64,000 bases of DNA from a virus. The DNA is taken from positions 43,380 through 107,379 of IMG/VR virus record IMGVR_UViG_3300045988_092736. The stretch is one strand, 5' to 3'. Below are positions 8,672 through 16,718 of this stretch, piece by piece (the first letter of the stretch is position 1; each line of letters opens with the position of its first letter). Both the position numbers and the translations under genes were made by a program. Below the pieces are notes generated by a model. That model was not told the origin of the DNA. It saw nothing but the letters and a program-made list of their open reading frames with translations, and did not search any database.

Positions 8672-9682
8672 ATGAATATAAAAAAGACAGACATGGAAGA
8701 AAAGATTAATATAGCGGAAATTCTAAAGAATAAGCCGCAAGGAACAAAGTTGTATAATTGGTTATATAATACAAATGTAGAGTTAGATACAATCAGTACA
8801 ACGGATAAAGAAACAGCTATATGGTGTACAAAGCAAAAAGATATTAATACCACCATTTATTTTTCTTTTTCCAAATTAGGAACTATGAAAGGATGGCTTG
8901 ACGGCTTACAGATTCTCCTTCCTTCAAAAGAAATGCGTGACTGGCGCAAATTCGCTTGGAAGAAAGGCGATTTGCTTATCAATAGTAGTGGATTTCAGTG
9001 CATTTTCAAAGAATGGGATTCGGATGATTATACAAAGTTCAACGGATGCTATTCTAATAGCAGGGATGGTTACGAAGACGTATCAAATGCAGAAACAGCT
9101 AAGTTTGACAAGTTAGATAACAATATTGCCTATGGATATGTCAGAGAGATTGAAAGAAAATTAGGTGGCATACTAAACCTTGAAACTTTGGAGATTGAGA
9201 AGGCTCAGCCAGAGTTCAAGGATGGTGATATTGTTTGTATGATGGATAGATTTGATAATTATCGCTTTATATTTATTTATAGAAATGAAGATGATGAAAA
9301 TTTTTATTATCATGCGCATATAACAAGAAATGGTTTTGTAAATTTAGGCGAGAATGAATATCTTAGTAAACCTCGCAATTATTCAGTTCATTTAGCGACA
9401 GACTTAGAAAAGCAGCAGTTATTTGATGCTCTTGCAAAGAAGGGCAAGGCTTGGGATGCTGAGAAGAAAATGATTGTTGATTTGAAGAAAAAAGTCGAGC
9501 TTAAACCTTTTGATAAGGTTGTAGTAAGATGTAGCGAAGCAGATAGATGGTCTATAGATTTCTTTAGTTATAAAGCACCTAACGGATATATATGTGCAGG
9601 AGACGCTTGGTTTGGATATTGTCTTCCTTACAATGAGGAGACTGCAAAGTTAATAGGTACAACTAAAGATATGGAGGTTTAA
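8672..9682 (+). CDS. hypothetical protein, paralog of 50355..51383
   Basis: 'ILKNKPQGTKLYNW' matches 'ILKDKPQGTKLYSS'. C-termini 'PYNEETAKLIGTTKD' and 'PYNEETAHLLGTTDE'. Confidence 0.45.
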   Translation: MNIKKTDMEEKINIAEILKNKPQGTKLYNWLYNTNVELDTISTTDKETAIWCTKQKDINTTIYFSFSKLGTMKGWLDGLQILLPSKEMRDWRKFAWKKGDLLINSSGFQCIFKEWDSDDYTKFNGCYSNSRDGYEDVSNAETAKFDKLDNNIAYGYVREIERKLGGILNLETLEIEKAQPEFKDGDIVCMMDRFDNYRFIFIYRNEDDENFYYHAHITRNGFVNLGENEYLSKPRNYSVHLATDLEKQQLFDALAKKGKAWDAEKKMIVDLKKKVELKPFDKVVVRCSEADRWSIDFFSYKAPNGYICAGDAWFGYCLPYNEETAKLIGTTKDMEV

Positions 9683-9845
9683 GATATGGACGAAGCTTTT
9701 AAGAAAGAACTTATAGAGCATTGTAAAAGACAAATGCAACGCTTTGAGAGAATGGGAAGAACAGATTCTTTCGCATATAAAGAACATACTGTTTTACTTA
9801 GTTTTCTTGAACGTCCATATTTACATTTTTAATACAACAATAGTT

Positions 9846-10244
9846 ATGATAGACATAAAGAAGAAAATCCATGCCGCCAGAGATTACGCAAGCAAAAGCT
9901 ATCGTGTAATCAGAAAGGTTAGCAAAAACGGCTCTTTGGTTCAAAGAGATAAAAATGCCGATAAGCATTTCTTGGATGGCATTGATTGGGCGGAGAAAGA
10001 GATATTCAAAGATTTGATTCATAATGCTAACGAAGTTCCTCAAATTGGAAGAGGAAGGATTCTTGCATACTCAAGAGACTGCGGTTATAGAAATCTTTAC
10101 AACCTATACGATATGATGTACAAGACAGATTGCGGCACATATCAAGAAATGTGGGAAATAGAAGTTAAAGCTTACGATTTGGATGGTTGGATATACGCAG
10201 ATGAATTGTTTGACTTAATTATCAAAGGAGGTGAATGCAAATGA
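9846..10244 (+). CDS. hypothetical protein, paralog of 51525..51878 and 52088..52459
   Basis: 'DGIDWAEKEIFKDLIH', 'TYQEMWEIEV' and 'DELFDLIIKG' recur in the paralogs. A separate 48-aa ORF occupies 9686..9832, so the upstream start at 9744 is rejected. Confidence 0.4.
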   Translation: MIDIKKKIHAARDYASKSYRVIRKVSKNGSLVQRDKNADKHFLDGIDWAEKEIFKDLIHNANEVPQIGRGRILAYSRDCGYRNLYNLYDMMYKTDCGTYQEMWEIEVKAYDLDGWIYADELFDLIIKGGECK

Positions 10245-10622
10245 CCGATGCTGAATTTAATAAGTTTGTGCTTATGCTAGAGAATGAAGCGTTTCGGTTT
10301 GCAAGAAGTCAAAACGTATTTAAGGAACATCGAGGGGTGATAGAGCAGTCTTTCAAGATAGGAGGGCTGTTCATTCTTCGAGAGTTGGAAAAGTATTTTA
10401 ATCAAAAGAAGTAAGCTTATGAAAAAAGTTTCCTTGACTGATGATGAGCTAGATTTGCTTATTATCGGGCTTCATTGCGTAAATAGGTCTAATTATAATA
10501 ATTACGGACGATATTACGATTCATATGACAAAGTGTCGCAAATGAAGGAAGAACTTAGGATTAAACTTAAGAGGGCATTGTATAGTTTTTAGTTTTGAAT
10601 AGTAGTTTATATATATTAAGAT

Positions 10623-10898
10623 ATGGAATTAAAGATAAAAACGCATCATGCGTTACCTTGCCGTACAGAGGTATTCACTATCAATGGAAAAAGTGCTGAA
10701 CAAAATGATTTTGGTGATACATATGACCATCATCATGAAGATGCAGAGCCTTATGCTTGTGCCGATATGCACTTTGACCCAAAGCCTCCAACAAAGGAAG
10801 TACTAAACCGCTATAATATAACGGAAGAAGAATATTATAACATCTGCAACGAATTGGAATGCAAACTATGCGTAGGTAGTTGCGGATGGTGTATTTAA
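10623..10898 (+). CDS. hypothetical Cys/His-rich protein
   Basis: Ends 'CNELECKLCVGSCGWCI'. Confidence 0.35.
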   Translation: MELKIKTHHALPCRTEVFTINGKSAEQNDFGDTYDHHHEDAEPYACADMHFDPKPPTKEVLNRYNITEEEYYNICNELECKLCVGSCGWCI

Positions 10899-11082
10899 TA
10901 GATTTTAGAATAAATAATATAAGCAATGACAAAGGAAGAAATATTGGAAAAGGCATCCGATTTTGAGGATGAAGATGAGTTCGTGAAGTGTGATAGATTG
11001 CCGTTCACTGAGGAATGGTGGCTTTTGCATCACCTAGTGTATATCGGCTTGTCTTGTACCTATACAGGTCGTGGTTATATAA

Positions 11083-11883
11083 TTGAGAAACTTAAAGATT
11101 AGTAAAATGGAAGCAAATGATTATTTGAAAGCCATGCAAGCTATGGACGAATTGGATAGACTTGTAACTAGTGTTTATCCGGATAAGTTCAAGTTGGTCT
11201 GCAAGAAGCATGGAATAGATGAATGCGAGGCGATGAACATGTATTCGTACTTGCAAAAGATGCATAAAGGTCAGTCTTGGTTAGTTAGATACAAGCCATT
11301 GGAATATCTAGAGCGTGTATTAACACTAGCCAAAGAAGCTTATGCGTCTTACATGAACAACGGCTTGATTCTAAGTATGGTCAATTTTGGTGATAAGTAC
11401 ACAAGAATACTTGTAATATTTGAGAAAGATGGCGTAAGAAGCCAACAAGAATTTGACCTTAGAGAGCAAAGAACATATGTTGATATAGCGGACTTTATTG
11501 GAAATGGTTACTCCATCGTATCTGTTATCCGTCAGTCTGACAATGTTGATAGCGAAAAATTTGTTGGAGAAAAGGATGAGCGAAGTCATAGTATTCCTAT
11601 TTACGATGGTGATGTAATGCTTTGTTACGTGAATAAACCGGAATTTTGGAGTTCCGATTGGCGTAATAGCGGACTTTATATTTGTGAGAACGGCTCATAT
11701 CATAGATTGCTATACACCCCGAATAAGGGTTACGTAAGACATGGAGAGCCTGATGTAGATGAAGACTTCACCCTTGATATTGAGGAAGAATCCTTCAGTA
11801 GTTATGTTATGACTTTAGACCAGTCTTGGTATAAGTTGGGTAATGTTTATGCAGGTATAGGCTTTTTGAAGGAGAAAGAATAG
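11083..11883 (+). CDS. hypothetical protein (266 aa)
   Basis: Intact ORF. Confidence 0.45.
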   Translation: MRNLKISKMEANDYLKAMQAMDELDRLVTSVYPDKFKLVCKKHGIDECEAMNMYSYLQKMHKGQSWLVRYKPLEYLERVLTLAKEAYASYMNNGLILSMVNFGDKYTRILVIFEKDGVRSQQEFDLREQRTYVDIADFIGNGYSIVSVIRQSDNVDSEKFVGEKDERSHSIPIYDGDVMLCYVNKPEFWSSDWRNSGLYICENGSYHRLLYTPNKGYVRHGEPDVDEDFTLDIEEESFSSYVMTLDQSWYKLGNVYAGIGFLKEKE

Positions 11884-11904
11884 AAGAGTTAAAGGAGAGG
11901 AATA

Positions 11905-12165
11905 TCATTTCCCCTCCTTAGCCTTAATCTCCAGCTCGATAGGCTTGCCGCAATGAGGGCAAACAAATGTTGGCTTAGATGGCTCTATTTCGTCTTTGAA
12001 GAAGTCGCCAACTTTGCACCCTAATACATCGGCAATACGCTGTAATGTCCTCATCGTAGGGTTACGGCTGAGGTTTTGGGTAAAAGTAAATCTTGTGATA
12101 CCCATTTCTTTTGCTACCTGTTCAATAGTAAAGCCCTTTTCTTTGATAATTGTTTTAACGTCCAT
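11905..12165 (-). CDS. XRE-family HTH regulator with C-terminal zinc ribbon
   Basis: HTH 'FTIEQVAKEMGITRFTFTQNLSRNP...LQRIADVLGCKVGDFF', ribbon 'CPHCGKPIE'. Opposite strand to its neighbours, facing an AATGTGA-repeat region. Confidence 0.6.
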   Translation of the reverse strand: MDVKTIIKEKGFTIEQVAKEMGITRFTFTQNLSRNPTMRTLQRIADVLGCKVGDFFKDEIEPSKPTFVCPHCGKPIELEIKAKEGK

Positions 12166-12377
12166 ATTTCTTATATTTAATAATGTGAGATTTTATTTTG
12201 TGTGCAAAGATAATGAATATAAATGAAACTACCAAATATTTTCTTTGTTTTGTGTAGATAAGTTCTAACAATGTGAATAAAAGTAAAGAATAAAGTCTAA
12301 ACGAGGTTACTAAGTTAATAATTGTTTATATTCTCACATTTTCTTTCAAAACATTTGGTATGTTAGAATATATTTTG

Positions 12378-12385
12378 TATCTTTG
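12378..12385 (+). promoter_or_regulatory. Bacteroidetes -7 promoter element TATCTTTG for the 12474 gene
   Basis: 'tattttgtatctTTGcaatg' matches TAnnTTTG. Confidence 0.45.
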
Positions 12386-12473
12386 CAATGTCTTTAAGAG
12401 ATAAAGGCTTTAAAGTTTAACTATTAATTGCTGTTATGCAGCCGAGTCGGCACTCGTAAAACGGTTTGAGGAT

Positions 12474-12812
12474 ATGACAACTTCAATTAAGAACAAGATG
12501 AGAAAGGTAATGCAGTTGGCACATAGAGCCTATCAGTTGAAATCAAGTTCAATGTCTTGGGTTGAGTGCTTGAAACAGGCTTGGCAGGTCGTAAAGCTTG
12601 AGGCAGCGATGAAGACCAAGGTAGTAGAGTTCTTCTTTATGAAGATGAATGGTGAGGTAAGACAAGCCTTTGGTACTCTCCTTCAGAGCCACATTGACTA
12701 CACTCCAAATGGTACTGGTCATGCAGCATCAAGAGATTGCATCCGCTATTGGGATGAAGAAAAGGGCGCATGGAGACAATTCAAGGCTTACAACTTCTTG
12801 CGAGTTGCATAA
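12474..12812 (+). CDS. hypothetical protein, paralog of 25024..25359
   Basis: About 60% identity by eye: 'MSWVECLKQAWQVVKLE' with 'MSWAECLKQAWQVIKLK', 'KMNGEVRQAFGTL' with 'KMNGEIRQAFGTL'. Shared conserved leader. Confidence 0.5.
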   Translation: MTTSIKNKMRKVMQLAHRAYQLKSSSMSWVECLKQAWQVVKLEAAMKTKVVEFFFMKMNGEVRQAFGTLLQSHIDYTPNGTGHAASRDCIRYWDEEKGAWRQFKAYNFLRVA

Positions 12813-12862
12813 AGATATATACACGTTCTAAGGTGTTTGGCGAGGCTTTAATAGGGGTGAGC

Positions 12863-12890
12863 CTTTAATCACCCCTTTAGTTAAGGACTT
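12863..12890 (+). terminator. hairpin terminator candidate
   Basis: 'GGGGTGAgcctttaaTCACCCCtttag'. Confidence 0.35.
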
Positions 12891-12906
12891 TTAAAGTATT
12901 TGAGAT

Positions 12907-13155
12907 ATGGAGACAATCGCTAAGTGTTTGAAAGAAGTGTTCTACAAAGGGCATCATATTACTAAGGTGGAGGACGTATTTGGTCAGGTATCCGTTCGCA
13001 TTGATAATATTGCTGAACCGGACTATGCTAGCATAGCCGATGCAAAACGAGTAATCAATGGTAAAGCCCCTAAATGGTTTACGGATGGTTACATGTGGGA
13101 CGAAGCCAGTAAGAAGGTCGTAAAAGACCCTAACGCTTTCCGATGGGAGGAGTAA
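12907..13155 (+). CDS. hypothetical protein
   Basis: Intact ORF. Confidence 0.35.
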   Translation: METIAKCLKEVFYKGHHITKVEDVFGQVSVRIDNIAEPDYASIADAKRVINGKAPKWFTDGYMWDEASKKVVKDPNAFRWEE

Positions 13156-13454
13156 GAAAAGATAAGGTAAAGAACTTAATACAATTGATTATGGAAAAGT
13201 TTAATGATGGCAATTATGTATTCGAGACAACAAACGAGTTTCCTGATGGCTATGAGATTTGGGCGATTGGTCGAAGAAATTTCGAGCACAAAGGCTACGT
13301 ACCATTGTGTGAGGTCGATGAGAACTACAACGTAAAAAGAGATACCTTGAAGGCTTTGAAAGTCAAGGATGAAGCATTAGCTTTGACTTTGCTCTATGAA
13401 GCCGTTAAACGAGGTGTTAATAAGAAAAAGTATAACAGAATGATTAATGCATAA
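13143..13454 (+). CDS. hypothetical protein
   Basis: Intact ORF. Confidence 0.35.
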   Translation: MGGVRKDKVKNLIQLIMEKFNDGNYVFETTNEFPDGYEIWAIGRRNFEHKGYVPLCEVDENYNVKRDTLKALKVKDEALALTLLYEAVKRGVNKKKYNRMINA

Positions 13455-13755
13455 GAAAATGGATGAGAATTTTCTGAATGTGCTCTATATCGAGCACACG
13501 GATAAAATAGGTGTTCTAAAGGACGATAAGGACGAAAGGGTATCAATTATCCTTGGGACGGACAAAACGCTTGTAGAACGCAAAAGAGAGGGTAAAACGT
13601 ACCTTCTTGTACCATTGACAAAGAACCACACCTTTGTCTGCAAGGGTAATTGCATTGATGTGGATGGTAAGCGTATCAAGAGTGAAATCTTCTTTCGTAA
13701 GGATGGTACGCAGTGGATTGAGATCGATAAAGAAACGTTATCTAAGGTAGCGTAA
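13447..13755 (+). CDS. hypothetical protein
   Basis: Intact ORF. Confidence 0.35.
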   Translation: MHKKMDENFLNVLYIEHTDKIGVLKDDKDERVSIILGTDKTLVERKREGKTYLLVPLTKNHTFVCKGNCIDVDGKRIKSEIFFRKDGTQWIEIDKETLSKVA

Positions 13756-13773
13756 TAAAAGGAGGTTTAAGCT

Positions 13774-14031
13774 ATGAAAGTATATGTAGTAATTTCTTCG
13801 TACCAACACGGATTGGGTGAAGCTGTTGAGGTTGATGCAGAAGTCTTCGATACCAGAGATAAGGCTAGAAAGGCTATAGGACACAAAGGAATGAACACTT
13901 TGGAGAATTACAAGCGAGTTTTAAATTGCGATGATTATCTATACAATATCTCAGATTCTTTCTTTCATATCTCAGACAGCGAAGGAGAGACGTGGGATAA
14001 TTTTGATATTGTAGAACGAGAAGTAAAGTAA
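13774..14031 (+). CDS. hypothetical protein
   Basis: Intact ORF. Confidence 0.35.
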   Translation: MKVYVVISSYQHGLGEAVEVDAEVFDTRDKARKAIGHKGMNTLENYKRVLNCDDYLYNISDSFFHISDSEGETWDNFDIVEREVK

Positions 14032-14038
14032 TAAGACT

Positions 14039-14284
14039 ATGGATATTAAGATTATCAAAGACATCTTAGATGATGCAAAGGAGTGCGGTTGCATTGCAGG
14101 AATTTCACTCTCTAATGGGCAGTTAACTCATGCAAACTTTAGCAAATCAAAGTTATTTGATTTTACTGCCGATGTTCTTTATAACAAAAAAAAGCATTTG
14201 ATAACTATACTTGGTGAGAACGGAAACAGAGATTACATTGATAGTGACTCTATCATACGTATCTTTATTAGAGAAGGTGTTTAA
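14039..14284 (+). CDS. hypothetical protein
   Basis: Intact ORF. Confidence 0.35.
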   Translation: MDIKIIKDILDDAKECGCIAGISLSNGQLTHANFSKSKLFDFTADVLYNKKKHLITILGENGNRDYIDSDSIIRIFIREGV

Positions 14285-14303
14285 CAATTGATTAGATAAG
14301 AAT

Positions 14304-14552
14304 ATGGATGCAGGTCATGTGAATGTGATATTAGGCGAAGCCGAGGACAAAGGTCTTAGAGGAAATATCAACTTGGTAGGTGGAGCAAAAATAAGTTTCG
14401 ACTTCAATAGTGTTGGTTGTGAAACCTCTTTCAATTGCAATACAAAGAACAGAACACTTATGATTGGAAGTGGAAGTACAGTAGTGTTTACACGTAAATA
14501 TATTGATTGTAGCTCTATCCAGTATATTGAAGTGTTTGAACGTACAAAATAA
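14304..14552 (+). CDS. hypothetical protein
   Basis: Intact ORF. Confidence 0.35.
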   Translation: MDAGHVNVILGEAEDKGLRGNINLVGGAKISFDFNSVGCETSFNCNTKNRTLMIGSGSTVVFTRKYIDCSSIQYIEVFERTK

Positions 14553-14569
14553 TTATAGGAGACAAGAAT

Positions 14570-14854
14570 ATGAATATACTAGACTATTATGAGGTTGTCT
14601 CCTCAAAGATTTTCAAGTTGGAAAGCATGAACGAGGGGCTTGTATTGATAGCACCGGAGCAGGAGGTGGATGGAGTCCGTTCCTTGATGGTGGGATTATA
14701 TGTTCCTGAGCATGAACGATACAAGATGTACACTTTCCGTTCATCTATGAACGAGGGCGAACTTGGCGACAAGTACAAGGCAATGGTCGGCACGATGGAT
14801 GTGCTTAAACCGGATTGGGACAGAATCAGAAAGAAAAGACGGAAGAGGATCTAA
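14570..14854 (+). CDS. hypothetical protein
   Basis: Intact ORF. Confidence 0.35.
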   Translation: MNILDYYEVVSSKIFKLESMNEGLVLIAPEQEVDGVRSLMVGLYVPEHERYKMYTFRSSMNEGELGDKYKAMVGTMDVLKPDWDRIRKKRRKRI

Positions 14855-15039
14855 CCTCTTACCGCCTTTAGGATGCATTCGTTGATGAAGTCACTCTTGT
14901 TTCCGTCTAAGGAATTGAGGATGTCAAGTGTTTCTTCTGTGGCTGAAAAGAACATACGTTTAGCGCATTTCTTCTTGCGTCCACAGCCTTCTCTTGCACC
15001 TCCCCATGACTTGGTTGTCTTTTCTTCATTTGTGCCCAT
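14851..15039 (-). CDS. small DNA-binding protein (possible ribbon-helix-helix)
   Basis: Basic N-terminus 'WGGAREGCGRKKK', then 'FFSATEETLDILNSL'. Convergent with the upstream plus-strand genes. Confidence 0.35.
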   Translation of the reverse strand: MGTNEEKTTKSWGGAREGCGRKKKCAKRMFFSATEETLDILNSLDGNKSDFINECILKAVRG

Positions 15040-15386
15040 ACGTTAAAAATTTGGTGGTTTGAAATAAATTTCGTACCTTTGCAACGAAATCCCAAGGTGG
15101 GAGGCGGTGGTGAGAACACCACCTCCCTGTTGGAAATCTAAGCTTTACAATTCAATTGTAAGAGCAACTTTGATTTTCCAAATCCGAATTGAAATATACA
15201 GTCTCATGCGGCTTTGGGATTTCATTTTACCTACTCTTTCAGGTTTTCGGCATCTCCTTTGCAATCTCTCATTGATTACACAGCAAAGATACGAAAAATA
15301 TTTGAAATATGCAAATTATTTCAAGATTATTTTTAGAAAACATGAAAATAAATTAGAGTTTCCTTGCATTTCTCGAAGGTTTTTGT

Positions 15387-15394
15387 TACCTTTG
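15387..15394 (+). promoter_or_regulatory. -7 promoter element TACCTTTG for the ASCH gene
   Basis: 'tttgttaccTTTGcggatg'. Confidence 0.4.
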
Positions 15395-15422
15395 CGGATG
15401 CAAATAATAAAACAATGAGCTT

Positions 15423-15827
15423 ATGAAAGTATTATCAATTCGCCAGCCGTATGCTTGGTTAATCGCTATCGGCTGCAAGACCATTGAAAACAGAACATGG
15501 AATAGAAAATTCCGTGGCCGTTTCCTTATCCATGCAAGCCAAGCCAAACCCGAAAAGCTTGACGGATGGCAGGAGAGCGCAATGAAGAAATATTGCCAAG
15601 AGCATGGTATTGTTATTCCGGACTTTAAAGACTTGCCAACGTCAGCCATTATCGGCAGCGTAGAGTTGGATGATATTCAGTATCAAGAGGCTTATCCGGA
15701 TGCATTTGCTGAAGATTTCCAATATCATTGGTTCTTGAAGAATGCTAAATTGTTCGATGAGCCGATTAGAAACGTCAAAGGCAAGTTGTTCCTCTGGGAT
15801 TATGAGTATAATGAAGCCGAAATGTAA
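15423..15827 (+). CDS. ASCH domain protein (PUA-like beta-barrel)
   Basis: 'LSIRQPYAWLIAIGCKTIENRTWNRKFRGRFLIHAS' fits the ASCH N-terminal signature. Confidence 0.6.
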   Translation: MKVLSIRQPYAWLIAIGCKTIENRTWNRKFRGRFLIHASQAKPEKLDGWQESAMKKYCQEHGIVIPDFKDLPTSAIIGSVELDDIQYQEAYPDAFAEDFQYHWFLKNAKLFDEPIRNVKGKLFLWDYEYNEAEM

Positions 15828-15942
15828 AATAACAATACTTTTGTAATAAAAATACAAGTCTTTGAAAATTAGCGCAAAAGTCTTTGTTCTCCTATGGGTT
15901 AGATAAGTAGTAAATGTAAATATATTATTAAATGTTTAGAAT

Positions 15943-16506
15943 ATGAAGAAGTTTTTGTTAATGGCATTGATGATGATGTTTGTTACGTTATCATTAATGG
16001 CGCAAGATGTAAAGTTTCACTTTAATTCGAACTTTAAGTTTGTAACTGATGACGAAAAGGAATTTGTTGTTATTCCTATGGATGGTTATTCGCAGGATAG
16101 TTTGTTTCGTGCCGTATCTTCGTATTTGGATAGAAAATATACTTCTAAGACAAATGAGATTACAAAATTTGGAAACGAGCAAGTTACATTGAACGTATTT
16201 ATTACTGATGCTTATTATGAGAAAGTAATGGGGCTTCCTCTTAGAAAGCATATGATTTGCACCTATTCATTTAATTTCAAAGATGGAAAGTTTCGTGTTA
16301 ACGCACCAGTGGTCAATAAAGTTATAACTGGTGCTCCAACGGAATTACCTAGTAGTTTTGCCGGAGACTGTAGTAACTACTTTAAGAATGGAAAGTTGAA
16401 TCCGAAGAAAGAACGTTTATATAATGCAATTAATGACCGTGTCAATTATATTTTAAATGATATTTTAAAAAGTTCTTTTGTAAAGTCAAAGTCTGATGAA
16501 TGGTAA
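15943..16506 (+). CDS. secreted protein with signal peptide
   Basis: 'MKKFLLMALMMMFVTLSLMAQD' with an A-Q cleavage site. Own promoter region, strong terminator downstream. Confidence 0.5.
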   Translation: MKKFLLMALMMMFVTLSLMAQDVKFHFNSNFKFVTDDEKEFVVIPMDGYSQDSLFRAVSSYLDRKYTSKTNEITKFGNEQVTLNVFITDAYYEKVMGLPLRKHMICTYSFNFKDGKFRVNAPVVNKVITGAPTELPSSFAGDCSNYFKNGKLNPKKERLYNAINDRVNYILNDILKSSFVKSKSDEW

Positions 16507-16577
16507 AATTTCAACGAAAATACAGGCTGTTGTGAATTGATTGTCATTATATATAGAAGAAAACAAGTAAGAATTGA

Positions 16578-16610
16578 GCCTTCCGCATGAGAGTGTGGAA
16601 GGCTTTTTTT
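16578..16610 (+). terminator. rho-independent terminator
   Basis: GCCTTCCgcatgagagtgtGGAAGGC followed by TTTTTTT. Confidence 0.7.
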
Positions 16611-16718
16611 GTACCCAGTCTTAATCTTTGCACTTAAATCTTTTGTGAAATAGCATACATTAATTCTTTCGCTATTCCTTCGAATATTAGCTAATTTTGC
16701 CAATAAAAACATATAAGG

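Noticed and set aside
9744-9845. Upstream start at 9744 for the 9846 gene
   Set aside because: A separate 48-aa ORF (9686..9832) occupies this space in another frame. The paralogs start at the downstream Met.
15107-15418. ORF 15107..15418 in the intergenic region before the ASCH gene
   Set aside because: It spans promoter-like AT-rich sequence and an imperfect GC hairpin (15097-15130). It has no start context and is probably non-coding.
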